From Octopus sinensis (lineage: Eukaryota), in the NCBI RefSeq assembly GCF_006345805.1, contig NC_043010.1, forward strand, positions 9,486,001 to 9,550,000: a DNA stretch of 64,000 bases. Reading direction: 5' to 3'. A program made the position numbers and the translations under genes. The notes below the pieces were generated by a model. It made no database searches. It had not been told where the DNA came from and saw only the letters and a program-made list of their open reading frames with translations. Below, one piece after another: positions 13,598 to 25,800 of the stretch; the stretch's first letter is position 1, and every line of letters begins with the position of its first letter.

Positions 13598-13810
13598 GCC
13601 GTCTGCCAGCCTCATCTGGCACCTGTGCCGGTGGCACGTAAAAAGCACCACTATACTCACGGAGTGGTTGGCGTTAGGAAGGGCATCCAGCTGTAGAAAC
13701 ACTGCCAGATCAGACCGGGCCTGGTGCAGCCTTCTGGCTTCCCAGACCCCAGTTGAACCGTCCAACCCATGCTAGCATGGAAAACGGACGTTAAATGATG
13801 ATGATGATGA
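13598..13810 (+). mobile_element. Non-autonomous retroposon family D with (GAT)n tail (duplicated at 14978-15180)
   Basis: GGTTGGCGTTAGGAAGGGCATCCAGCTGTAGAAAC..GAAAACGGACGTTAAATGATGATG; further copies at 20035, 27474 and 52515. Confidence 0.75.
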
Positions 13811-15615
13811 GGCTATAGTAGAAGATATTTGCCCAAGGTTCATACAATGGAGGACTGTGTAGCATAGCTGTTCACACACAGGCTTCATACAGTCTATCTT
13901 TCACTCTGAGTGATAGGCTCTTTGTTATCAGCAGAGGTTTCCTCTCTGAACTTTGTCCAGCCTATTCTTATACTAGTTCCCAGAGCATCCACTCCCGCCA
14001 CTGACTGATTGCCTAGTTAATGGAATCTATCAACTACTTCTAGTTTTTCCTCCTGGTATGTGATGAATCACACACACCACACACACACACACCATGCATA
14101 TATATATATATATGCACATATAAATATGTGCATATATATACGTGTGTGCGTATTGATGATATATATATATATATACTCTTTTACTCTTTTACTTGTTTCA
14201 GTCATTTGAATGCGGCCATGCTGGAGCATCTCCTTTAGTCGAGCAAATCGACCCCGGGACTTATTCTTTGTAAGCCTAGTACTTATTCTATCGGTCTCTT
14301 TTGCCGAACCGCTAAGTGACGGGGACGTAAACACACCAGCATCAGTTGTCAAGCAATGCTAGGGGTACAAACACACACACACAAACACATACACACACAC
14401 ATACACACATATATATATATATATATACATATATACGACAGGCTTCTTTCAGTTTCCGTCTACCAAATCCACTCACAAGGCATTAGTCGGCCCGAGGCTA
14501 TAGCAGAAGACATTTGCCCAAGATGCCACGCAGTGGGACTGAACCCGGAACCATGTGGTTGGTTAGCAAGCTACTCACCACACAGCCACTCCTGCGCCTA
14601 TATATATATATGCTGATATATATATATTTGTTTATCCTTTTACTTGTTTCAGTCATTTGACTGTGGCCATGTTGGAGCACCACCTGAAAGGGTGTTAGTC
14701 GAAGAAATTGACCTCAGAACTTCTTCTTAGTAAGCCTAGTCTCTTTTGCCAAACTGCTAAATTATGGGTACATAAACACACCAGCATCGGTGCTCAAGCA
14801 ATGGCAAGGAGACAAACGCCCATACACACACACATAAATATATGCATGCATATATATTTATATCTATGTATATTACATATATACACACACATATATATAT
14901 ATCTGACGGCCTCTTCTAGTTTCTGTCTATCAAAATCCACTCACAAGGATTTGGTTGGGTCAGGCCGTCTGCCAGCCTCATCTGGCACCTGTGCCGGTGG
15001 CACGTAAAAAGCACCCACTATACTCACGGAGTGGTTGGCGTTAGGAAGGGCATCCAGCTGTAGAAACACTGCCAGATCAGACCGGGCCTGGTGCAGCCTT
15101 CTGGCTTCCCAGACCCCAGTTGAACCGTCCAACCCATGCTAGCATGGAAAACGGACGTTAAATGATGATGATGATGATGGCTATAGTAGAAGATATTTGC
15201 CCAAGGTTCATACAATGGAGGACTGTGTAGCATAGCTGTTCACACACAGGCTTCATACAGTCTATCTTTCACTCTGAGTGATAGGCTCTTTGTTATCAGC
15301 AGAGGTTTCCTCTCTGAACTTTGTCCAGCCTATTCTTATACTAGTTCCCAGAGCATCCACTCCCGCCACTGACTTGATTGCCTAGTTAATGGAATCTATC
15401 AACTACTTCTAGTTTTTCCTCCTGGTATGTGATGAATCACACACACACACACTCACACACACACACACACATATATACAGCTGAAGGATTAAAATTAATC
15501 AAAGGACATACTTAGTATATCATTTTATTAATTTTGATCCTTAAGCTATTTAATGCTTTATGGGTGGGGCCTGCAATCGCCTATATTATTGATTCTGTTA
15601 TTATCATTTTTAAAT

Positions 15616-16062
15616 TGGCTAACCACTAAGGGTGGGTGTTACTGTAGCTTTTAGCCCCAGGAGATCATCGTCTCCAGCTGGCTTGAGATGGCTAGTATAT
15701 TTTACGTTGCCGAGCGGTTACTGTTTACATCTCGTTCAGAGATTTATCATTGCTTGCAGACAGTTTTTCGAAATCAGTGACGGAAGTTACTAGAAAAACC
15801 TATAAGTATTTGCAAACAGGTCTTCCTTTCATCGTAAACCGGTGATTACCGTACGTTGACAAGAGGCAAATTACCTCAAAACTGCAGTCCGTGTGTATCG
15901 CTTAGGTTTACAAGAGAGGGATGACCTCCCTTTGCAAATACCATAAGAGCACAGAAAGTGTGCCTAAAGCCAGCTGGAGACGATGATCACCTGGGGCTAA
16001 AAGCTACAGTAACACCCACCCTTAGTGGTTAGCCATATTGAGATGGCTAGTATACTTTACAT
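15616..16062. mobile_element. Element with 69-bp inverted repeats and a terminal hairpin TAGCCAT-ATTGAG-ATGGCTA (Helitron/Helentron-related)
   Basis: 15616-15684 and 15967-16035 are reverse complements with one mismatch; the same end recurs inside the Helitron at about 18810-18850. Confidence 0.6.
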
Positions 16063-16214
16063 CATTTTAAAATTGTTACACTAGATAATAATAGAGTCAA
16101 TGATGTCTTCACAAATTATTTTTACGTGAATTATTTATTCCATATAAATATATGTGTGTGTGTGTGTGTGCGTGTGTGTATGTGTGTGTATGTATGCATG
16201 CATATATATGTATA

Positions 16215-17060
16215 CTAGCAGAATTGCCCGGCGTTGCTCGGGGCTGAATTGCTTGAAAGTACTGTTAATGATTGCACTGAATTATGATGATTATTCAGGC
16301 AAATATTGATATAAGCTTACGGTGGGAGATAAGGATTTAACGATCAAACGTGTGCCATTGCATTGTTTTGGGGGAACCAAATTTCTGATGAGCATTATAG
16401 GGGCACCAACTTTAAGTTTGAGAAAGTGTGGTGGTAGTCCGGGGTGCTCAAAGGAATTGAGTACCTCTATTGGATAGTTGATGACGTCCTCTGGGTCAGG
16501 AGTTGTATCGATAGACTGATATACATAGACTTCCCCAGGAATGAGTTTTAGCATTTCATCATTAATATGGTGAACAGTTTTATTCCTCAGGGCCAGTATA
16601 GTCTTTTTGCCAATCCAATCCATATTCTGATAATTAGCTTGTAGATCTGGGAACACTGCATCTCTGAGATCAGAAGGCGTCTTAACAATGGTACAAATGG
16701 AATCGATGGCAATATTACCATTTTCATCCCCTGGTATTTTGCCTTCGCCAAGTGCAAGGAGGGTGTGAGGAAATGCTGCTGATGTGATATTACGTCGCAT
16801 ATGAGCACGCATATTGGTGTGAAGTTTGAGAGTTACTTCCCTTTATTTTAAAAAATATGCATTAAAATGGAAAAAAATGATGGTAAATTATTTGTAAAAT
16901 CATAGACTCATCGTAGACGCGCGCTAATACCCAGAAGGGCTCGATATGAGTCACGACTATAAGATACCCGGTTTTGGTTAAACTGCATCGCAAAATGTGG
17001 GAGTAGTTAGGAATCTAAATCGGAGTAGACAGACACACAACCTTTCTTTTATATATAAAT
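16215..17060 (-). mobile_element. Helitron deletion derivative carrying a PIF1 helicase fragment
   Basis: Minus-strand 3' end CCCG-AGCAACGC-CGGG hairpin then CTAG|T; 5' end resembles the TC-TTTATATATAAAAG end of sibling copies. Confidence 0.85.
16291..16812 (-). pseudogene. Helitron RepHel PIF1-like helicase fragment, truncated at both ends
   Basis: LLALGEGKIP..ILALRNKTVHHIN..YPIEVLNSFEHPGLPPHFLKLKVGAPIMLIRNLVPPKQCNGTRLIV is a typical PIF1/Helitron helicase segment. Confidence 0.9.
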
Positions 17061-17540
17061 ATTTTCGTCCTAAAAAACTTTGTATGGATTGAATGGTTAC
17101 CTCTATGGAAATATATACATGCACATTATACATACATGTGTGTATAGATGAATATATAAATACATTTAAATATCTATATACACTTTTGGGCGATCTTTCT
17201 GTTTCTTAGAGATAACTTTAGATCTTATTTTCGTGCTAAAAAACTTTGTATGGAGTGAATGGTTACCTCTATGGAAATATATACACACACGTTATACATA
17301 CATGTGTGCATAGATGAATATATAAATACATTTATATATCTATATACACTTTTGGGCGATCTCTGTGCTACTTAGAGATAACTTTAGATCTTATTTTCGT
17401 CCTAAAAAACTTTGTGCGGAGTGAATGGTTACGTGTATGGAAATATATAGACACACATTATACATACATCTGTGTATAGATGAATATATAAATACATTTA
17501 AATATCTACATACACTTTTGGGCGATCTTTCTGCTACTTG
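17061..17540. repeat. Minisatellite, 3 x 166 bp
   Basis: Unit ATTTTCGT(C/G)CTAAAAAACTTTG starts at 17061, 17227 and 17393. Confidence 0.9.
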
Positions 17541-17548
17541 GATATAGG

Positions 17549-17997
17549 GGCGATGTTTCGCTTGTCGTAGCACATGTTTCCGTCGATTTCCGTAAAAAAT
17601 GTAAACACTGAATCGGCCATACATGCATACATACATACATACACACACACATACATACACACACACATACATGCATACATACATATACACATACACCGAG
17701 TAAAAAAATTCAGTTATCTCTCTCTTTCACACATTACTCTCTCTGTCTCTTCACACACACTAACAGAAGCACTTCACTTACACAACATACTGTCTGTCTC
17801 CCACACTCCATCAAACACACACACACACACACACACATGTACATCAATGCGTCCCATGCACGGTAACTTCAAAAGAACTTCCCTCGTCATACAATCGCTT
17901 TCTCTTAGTCTCTTTTGCTCTCATTACTTATGTAAAAAAATAAAAGTTTTTTACGGAAATCGACGGAAACCTGTGCTACGACAAGCGAAACATCGCC
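17549..17997. mobile_element. MITE-like element with 51-bp inverted repeats
   Basis: 17549-17599 versus 17947-17997, one mismatch. Confidence 0.7.
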
Positions 17998-18179
17998 GAT
18001 ATGGGTCTTATATTCGTCCTAAAACACTTTCCTGTCACACACTCACGCACACGCACGCACACACACACACATACACACACACGCACCCTCACACACACAC
18101 ACACGCACACACACACTCACACACATGCACGTTAGCTTACAATTTTATTTATATATTTGCGTGTCTATGTGTGTAAAGA

Positions 18180-18492
18180 GGAAGTGGCAGACTGAAAGAG
18201 TCACTCACTACAAAAGGTGAATTACTTTCATTTTATTCGTTGCACACTGTGTGTGTGTGTGTGCGTGTGGTGTAAACCACATTAAGAAAAGCATTTGACA
18301 TACACACCAGAATGTGAGTTTTCTGTAAATTTTGCTTAATTGGAGTTTAAATTTTAAAAAGTGGACCTGGCAAAACCCGATGCATTCTACTCATAAAAAT
18401 GCTAAGTAAATTGTAATTGAAGAAATCCTATATTGTAGATTTCTATAAAATACAAAGGGAGGCAGATAAAATCTGCCTTTTATAATAAGAGA
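18180..18492 (-). mobile_element. 5' portion of another non-autonomous Helitron family
   Basis: Minus-strand start A|TCTCTTATTATAAAAGGCAG. Confidence 0.5.
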
Positions 18493-18719
18493 TATACATA
18501 CACATACAAGGCATTAGGTAGTCAGAAGCTATAGGAGAAGACACTTGCCCAAGATGCTGTGCAGTGAGATTAAAGCTGAAACCCATAGGGCCACGAAATA
18601 AGCTTTTTAACTACATGGCCATGCCTGCACTAATAAAGGGATATGTCAATGCTGGAATTGTCTTTGTCTTGATCCCTTGATTCTTCCTATTTAGTGTTGC
18701 TTGTATCCTTTATCATTCA

Positions 18720-19110
18720 CTAGCAGTATCGCCCGGCGTTGCTCGGGTTTGTAATGGAAATAACTATATAAGCATTTTTAGAGATGTAAAGTATAATAGC
18801 CATCTCAATATGGCTAACCACAAAGGGGGGGTGTTACTGTAGCTTTTTACGTTCTGAGATTTAATAATAAATTTTTAGAGAGTTACTTCCCTTATATATG
18901 TCAAAAATGCATTAAAAATGGGAAAAATTGACGGTAAATTTTTTTTTAAATCGTAGACTCATCGTAGACACACGCTAATACCCAGAAGGGTATGAATCAC
19001 AACTATAAGATACCCGGTTTTGGTTAAACTGCACCGCAAAATGTGGGAGTAGTTAGGAATCTAAATCGTAGGAGACAGACAGCACACAACCTCTCTTTTA
19101 TATATAAAGA
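18720..19110 (-). mobile_element. Complete non-autonomous Helitron
   Basis: Minus strand A|TCTTTATATATAAAAG ... CCCGAGCAACGCCGGG-CGATACTG-CTAG|T, inserted in an AT site without TSD. Confidence 0.9.
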
Positions 19111-19111
19111 T

Positions 19112-19560
19112 TTCCTCTGGTTCTCCACACATCCAGATAATCATCCATCTCACTCCGCACCAAATCCAGTGATCCTATTACTTTGCTATCTGGTAAAATG
19201 ATTCTATCATACTATAACATTTTCCCAATTATCTCTTTCTTACAAGCACTGTATATTTGTCAATACCGTACTGTATCCTGGTATTTCTGCGGAAAATTTT
19301 AACTGATTGCATCAAAGAATCCAACACTTACTCAGTTTTGAAGTGAAGTTTGAGGTCATCCACAAATATTACATGGTTAATTCTTTCATTAATTTTCGTT
19401 AGAACTTTTCCTATATTTGCACTTTTGCAATATATACAATAACAGGGGAAAATCAAAGCGATTACAAATAGAACTGATTGGGAGGATAATGAATCTCCTT
19501 GGAAAAATAATTCTTTTAATCTCCATTTCACCCAACAACACTTGACAATATGTCAATTCA
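19112..19560 (-). mobile_element. R4/Dong-like reverse transcriptase relic
   Basis: FFQGDSLS..LFVIAL..INHVIFVDDLKLHFKTE matches RT motifs QGDSLS and YxDD. Confidence 0.8.
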
Positions 19561-19883
19561 ACTCATTATGACCCCATAACTTGTCTTGCTTCGATGAAGT
19601 GTTGTATTCCCTCGGGAATGATGAGATTACTAGAATAGAGGAATGAAAAAATAGAAGGATGATATACATGTTCTTCATCTGGCAATCAATCTTATGTTCT
19701 TCTTATTATTATTATTCACCTCCTGCACAAGCACGGTGTGTGGATACAGTGCTCACTTCACAACCATGGGGCAAGTGATTGCTGCTGCTGCAGACTTGAG
19801 TAGACCGATGCTTTACAAATAAAAATGGTAGGCAGAAACCGTGTGGAATCCCATTTCATATGGATATATATATATAAATATAT

Positions 19884-19932
<49 letters not shown>

Positions 19933-20034
19933 TATAAATATATATAATATTATATATATATATATAAATATATATAATATATAAATATATATATATATAA
20001 TATATATATATATATTTGGCGTTAGGAAGGACAT

Positions 20035-20142
20035 CCAGCCGTAGAAACACTGCCAGATCTGACTGGGCCTGATGCAGCCTTCCGGCTTCACAGACCCCAG
20101 TTGAACCGTCCAACCCATGCTAGCATGGAAAACGGACGCTAA

Positions 20143-20173
<31 letters not shown>
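20035..20173 (+). mobile_element. Family D retroposon 3' part with (GAT)n tail
   Basis: Similar to 13598-13810. Confidence 0.75.
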
Positions 20174-20174
<1 letters not shown>

Positions 20175-20492
20175 ATATATATACATATATATATTCATAT
20201 ATATTTCGATAGGTGAATGAATTATCCTATGTTTACCGACAACATGGAAAATTCGATGAACCGATACCAGGGTAGCAAATTCACGCCCAACTCCATTTAT
20301 CTATTTATTCATATATATTCATATATATATATATATATATACAAATAACTTATAAACACAGGCAAAATAAAAAAATTTCTAATGCCAAATATGCCGAAAA
20401 CAGACACATCGTCAATAACCATATAATTCATCACTATAAGCATGCGTCTCGAACAAAGCTGACAGAAATTACTAAAAAATTTCATTATTATC

Positions 20493-20548
20493 ATATTGGA
20501 CCCTATTTCAGAGTTAATTCATAAGAACCTTCTCTTCGTCAGCGATAA
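20493..20548 (-). ncRNA. Minimal type-I hammerhead-like motif with canonical core, partly decayed
   Basis: TTATCG-CTGACGA-AGAG[18 nt]CTCT-GAAA-TAGG-GTC-CAATAT. Confidence 0.5.
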
Positions 20549-20879
20549 ATGCGGCAAATAAATAAATGAAATACTTACTTATACCCATGGAAGAAGCAAA
20601 CACTAAGTCATGAGCACAATTAAGTACCCCAAATATATCCAAAATAGAAATTCTCCAGCACACCTTGAGGTTGACCTTGCCTTTCAGCCTTTCCGGGTTG
20701 ATAAAATGAATACAGTTGAACACTGGGGTCAATGTAATTGACTTATCTGCCCCTTCCTCAAGCTACCCTTGTGGCAAAAATTTGAAATAATTATCATTAG
20801 TATTCTCATTATTATTATTATTATTATTATTATTGTTGTTGTTGTTGTTGTTGTTGTTGTTATTATTATTATCATCATT

Positions 20880-21437
20880 ATTGAGTGAGAGAGCAGTGCA
20901 TGCCATCAAAGTGACACTGGGGTAAAATATACAAAGCCCAGTATACCCATCATGACTACCTGTCCGATAAGGGTACACCTGGCACATGCATCACAGCCAT
21001 ATGTGCATGACATGATGATCTTATATCAAGATAAACAGCACATGACCTTGCAGGTGGGGCCCAGTTAGAATTTTCTTCAAGTTGAGTAGCGCATCCTGCC
21101 CAAAAAGACCCTGAATAAGGGTTGTTTAAGGATGTTAAACAAAACACCCATGTTTCCAAAGGTGAATTATCCAAACACCAAAGAATTCCTCTCGACACAG
21201 GGCTATCATGCTCCTACACTACTTCTGCTCATGATCAGAGATGAACATGTGGTCAGCCACCAAAGGACATGCTCAACTGGTTAAGGTCAAACAACTGACA
21301 AGCAAATCTGTGGTATTGAGCAGATTATATTTGCTGTAGACCATCTTTTATACCAAAACAAAACAATATACATGATAACACTTCCAGTCGGTTAAGATCA
21401 GAAGCCATGAAAACCACTGCCTGGTACTGCATCAGGG

Positions 21438-21438
<1 letters not shown>
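20880..21438. mobile_element. About 560-bp interspersed repeat inserted in a (TTA)n tract, class unknown
   Basis: GC-richer block with sharp edges, flanked by (TTA)n on both sides. Confidence 0.45.
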
Positions 21439-21472
<34 letters not shown>

Positions 21473-22262
21473 CATCATCATCATCATCATTACTTTTACT
21501 ACTACTACTACTAAGGTGGCAAGCTGGTAGAATTGTTAGAATTTTGGCTTTATATTCTGAGTTCATATCCTGCTGTAGTCAACTCTACCTAGCATTCTTT
21601 TGGGGTCAATAAATAAGTACCAGTTGAGCACTAGGGTTGGTGCAATCGACGTGCCCCTTTCCCTAAAATGTTAAGCCTCATACCAATACTTGAAACCATT
21701 ATTATAATTAGTACTGTTGTCGTTATGGTTTTTAATTTGCATTTTCTCTTCAAAACCATTCATTCTAAAGTTCTATTTTCCTTTCTGGTTTACTTTTAAT
21801 AATATATTTATTTATTTATTTTCTTTTTAATTGTTTTAATTTTAATGTTTTGCTTTCAGTGATCAAATATTAAATCTAAATCAGATTTAATTGTAAATAA
21901 ACTCCAAATGAATATGAAAAAAGCTTTTAATTTCAGTTTCAACAGCTTTTACGTGTGAATTAAAGTTTAGTTCTTTGAAAATAGATATCATTAAAGAAAT
22001 AAATCACATTACAAGAAAGATTTCTGCAAAGATTAATGCTTAAGAAAATGTAATGATATAAAATATATATATAATATTTTATATAATTTAATTTATTTGT
22101 TGTTTATATAATATTTTAGCATTCATTAAAAAATACTTTTAAATGATTTCTTTGTAGTACATTGGAATAATCTTTTGAGTGCTAATTTATATTAGGGAAA
22201 TTTGAAAGGTTTGATTTGATTCTGAGTGGTTTCTTAATCCTACAAGAAATTTCATCATTTAA

Positions 22263-22319
<57 letters not shown>

Positions 22320-22989
22320 GTATCTCCTGAATGTTTATGTGATGTGAAAACTAATTAGATAAGTGAAATTGCATCAATAAATATTGACATTAAACAACAT
22401 GAATTTATATGCACCAAAGAATGCTTCCTAACCTACCTAGCTTTGGAATTCATGGATTTCATTCCTAACATTTATTTATCCGAATTGTAAATCTGTATAG
22501 CCTAGAATGAGAGGCAGACCTTATTACTCTTTTATTCTTTTAGTTGTGATATTCATTGGACCATACCCATGCTGGAGCATGAAGATGGCCCAATAGTAGA
22601 ATGAAAATTATTGTAAAATTTGAGTTGGTCAGGACTTTATGTTTTGGCATATTTAACCAGTAATTGGTTGTATAATCTGATAGAAAAACATTGTGATATC
22701 CTAATTAATTTGTGATTGAATGTGTGGGTGTGTGTGTTTGTGTGAAACGTATAGTAGATGAAACCATAGTGACTGAAGAAGGGGTTTTTTCTTTGTGTTA
22801 ATTGTCCTGTACTCTATTTTTTTGTTGTTTTAAAAAAATGTCCAGTTCCTTGGTTTGTGTCTATGTTTTCGTTTCTCATTGTGTTCGACGTCTTTTTGGT
22901 GTCCTGTACTCATATATGCGTGTATATGTACATGTAGAGGAAGGTACGTACATATATGTTTATATATATGCATATGTTTATTTTTTTAT

Positions 22990-23030
<41 letters not shown>

Positions 23031-23099
23031 CAACAGATAAGATCCAGAAATTCTCTGTAGAGAAGACACTTAGAAGTGCTCAAAAGATTCAAGCTTAAA

Positions 23100-23430
23100 C
23101 TCCGATATCTTTACAGGGGACCATTCCACAGGGTAAAGAAAGCTGTAAGATGTATTATGTTGCACAGGTATAGAGGTACTTATGCAGATAAACAAATTAG
23201 ATAATCAAATATATTAGATATATTAAATTCATTAAATATATTAGTTTGTTTATGGAATACAAAAAATGTATATGTATATATGCATACATGCAAAATGAGA
23301 AAAAGCAGAAATTGATGACTTTCAGATGATGAATTTTTAAGTATAAATATTTAGATATTTATATTAATAGGTCCAACTTACACAGAATACAAACGATATA
23401 GAAAATTAAGGGGAAGGATGGGAGATGTTT

Positions 23431-23463
<33 letters not shown>

Positions 23464-23940
23464 ATTTTAGCACAGGGGTGAAAGCATGGTCAATAGTGAA
23501 CATATCAGTTTGAGGTTGAAGGAGAAGGGGATATGAATGGGTCAGAGATGAGGAGGTGATGCTGGTATTGGGATTTATGAGAAGGTGTTCGGGGGGGAAA
23601 AGAGGTCATCTGTGGAAAATTATGTGATAAGGGATGATATATGGAGGATGCAGAATGGATGGCAGCAAAGAAGGTAGTTGGAAGGTAGTACAAATGGGAA
23701 ATAAAACATGTGAAGTTCAGCTCTCATATAGTTAGAGGATTTGGGTAAAAAGTGCTGTTGCTAGAAGAGTGAAGGTGGAACTTCATTAGGAAGATGAGTT
23801 ATGGAGAACACTCTACAGGGATAGATCGAGTGTAACAACATGCTTTTAGGAGCTCATTTTTTGCTGAAATTGATAGTTTTTCTCAAGCACAATGATTTGA
23901 TAATTACCTCTCCATTGTCATCTCTTTCATGAGGTTCAAT
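23100..23940 (-). mobile_element. Heavily decayed LINE relic
   Basis: Strand-biased composition; only short remnant peptides (TLDLSL, SFFTLWNG) readable. Confidence 0.3.
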
Positions 23941-23946
23941 ATTCTA

Positions 23947-24328
23947 GAGGCACAATGGCCCAGTGGTTAGGGCAGCGGACTCGCGGTCATAGGATCATGG
24001 TTTCGATTCCCAGACCGGGCATTGTGAGTGTTTATTGAGCAAAAACACCTAAAAGCTCCACGATGCTCCGGCAGGGGATGGTGGTGATCCCTGCTGTACT
24101 CTTTCACCACAACTTTCCCTCACTCTTATTTCCTGTTTCTGTTGTACCTGTATTTCAAAGGGCCGGCCTTGTCACTCTCTGTGTCACGCTGAATATCCCC
24201 GATAACTACGTTAAGGGTACACGTGTCTGTGGAGTGCTCAGCCACTTACACGTTAATTTCACAAGCAGGCTGTTCCGTTGATTCGGATCAACCGGAACCC
24301 TCGTCGTCGTAACCGACGGAGTGCTTCC
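23947..24328 (+). mobile_element. SINE family C, full length
   Basis: A box TGGCCCAGTGG, B box GGTTTCGATTCC, 3' GTCGTCGTAACCGACGGAGTGCTTCC. Confidence 0.9.
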
Positions 24329-24489
24329 ATACATCCATACATTTCACGTGACCATACCAACACAATCTTTTCTTTTGAATTCTACATGTGATGCCTTTTA
24401 TTCTCAAATTGTCTCTCAACTAATTTGTACTTTGTTATGTATGCACACTGATGTTACACAACCAACAAGCATAGTTGTTTAATTTCTTT

Positions 24490-25520
24490 TCTAGTTCTCA
24501 CCTGTCCTCTGAATTTACAGCCTATGTTTCACCACCATGAAGCATTGCTGTTCATATGCAAGCTTCATATAATTGGCCTTTCACTTAATGAGAGAGGGCT
24601 TATTACCAACAGAGGTAATATCACTCAGAAATTTCTGCAACTGGTTCTTATTCAAGCAACTATAGTTTCAGAACATCTGCTTTCACTGCTAATTTGGTTG
24701 CCTAGGTAACAGAAACTATCTGCTATCTCTGAGGATCCTCCTAAGCATTTGAGAATAAGTATTTCCTTCATACGTTCTAAGTTTTACAGCTTCCTATGCA
24801 TTTGTCACAAATAAGGTCTACCTTCTCTTTTAACCTTTTTTTTTTATTCCATTACACCTCTTATGTAACCCTAGTTTGCTTTGGCTATTCTATACTGAAT
24901 TTCTACAACCATCTTTTCAACACATTGAACAGGGCTATTTTCATGAAAAGGTTGGCACCTTGTCAGTTTTTTGCATACTGGAACCTTGGCGTTTCCTAAG
25001 TTAACTGATTCCAGGTTTTATTTCTACACCTGGAATTTCTTTTCTAATTCTACTACAGATTCAGTGACAAGAACAAAGGCATCAGCATAGAAGAGTTCCT
25101 ACAGATGATCAGTCTTAATCTGCTATGTTATGGCCTGGAGGACTATGATAAATAGGTGGTAACTAAGAACCAAGTTCTGCTGAACTCCTCATTGCACACA
25201 AAAGTCCATTACTTTATTCACAAACTCTTGTATTACAGCCAGTACCCTTCTACATAATTTGAATGGCTCTCATCAGCCTTTCATCTACTCCTAGCTACCA
25301 TAGTGACCACATGATCTGAGAGTAAGGAATGCTGTTGAAAATCTTTTTCCAGACTGACAAATGCCAAGTTCAATGGTTTACTTTTCAAAAATCTCTGCAG
25401 GTGCATTACTAGCAAGATAGCATCAGTAATACTTCTGACTAGTACAAAACCAAAGTGCATCTCAGCTTCAATGACTTTCTTCCAGATTAGTTGAGTTATA
25501 ACTCTTTCTGTAACTTTCAC
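24490..25520 (-). mobile_element. RTE-clade LINE reverse transcriptase relic
   Basis: KVTERVITQLI..EMHFGFVLVRSITDAILLV..LAFVSLEK and KGQLYEACI*TAMLHGGET. Confidence 0.85.
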
Positions 25521-25540
25521 ACACACACACACACACGCAC

Positions 25541-25584
<44 letters not shown>

Positions 25585-25727
25585 AGAGACAGAGATGTAC
25601 TTGCATAGCAAGTGATTTGATCTGAGATCGTGTGCTGAAACGAAAACAATTGCAGCATGGAAGGTGTTTGTAAGCAATTTAAGAAACACACAAAAGCTGT
25701 TCAATTCACTTCAACATTTAAGTTTAA

Positions 25728-25778
25728 TTTGTCAAAATATTTTCGTCGCTATAAGACCGCGACCTGTTCACTGACAAA
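25728..25778 (-). ncRNA. Minimal type-I hammerhead ribozyme variant with G3:C8 core, intact
   Basis: TTTGTCA-GTGAACA-G-GTCGC[GGTCTTATA]GCGAC-GAAA-ATAT-TT-TGACAAA: 7-bp helix I, 5-bp helix II, palindromic helix III. Confidence 0.7.
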
Positions 25779-25800
25779 AATCTGTGCTGCATCTTGGATT

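Larger units (their letters stand above)
12723..15440. repeat. Tandem duplication of a 1.37-kb unit (12723-14071 and 14093-15440)
   Basis: Near-identical copies at offset 1369-1370, junctions in (CA)n tracts. Confidence 0.9.

Noticed and set aside
17061-17540. Regularly spaced repeats as a possible CRISPR-like array
   Set aside because: Contiguous 166-bp units without unique spacers, in a eukaryotic context with no cas genes.
23040-23135. Exon-like segment and CTGTAGA..GTGCTC-AAAA hammerhead-like pattern
   Set aside because: All frames from the best acceptor contain stops and there is no helix I; probably a decayed LINE.
23947-24015. tRNA-like sequence with A and B boxes
   Set aside because: Head of a SINE that continues for 300 nt; not a standalone tRNA gene.
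24496-24613. Exon-like plus-strand segment with good acceptor and AG|gtaata donor
   Set aside because: It is the antisense of an RTE LINE relic (LYEACI*TAMLHGGET on the minus strand).
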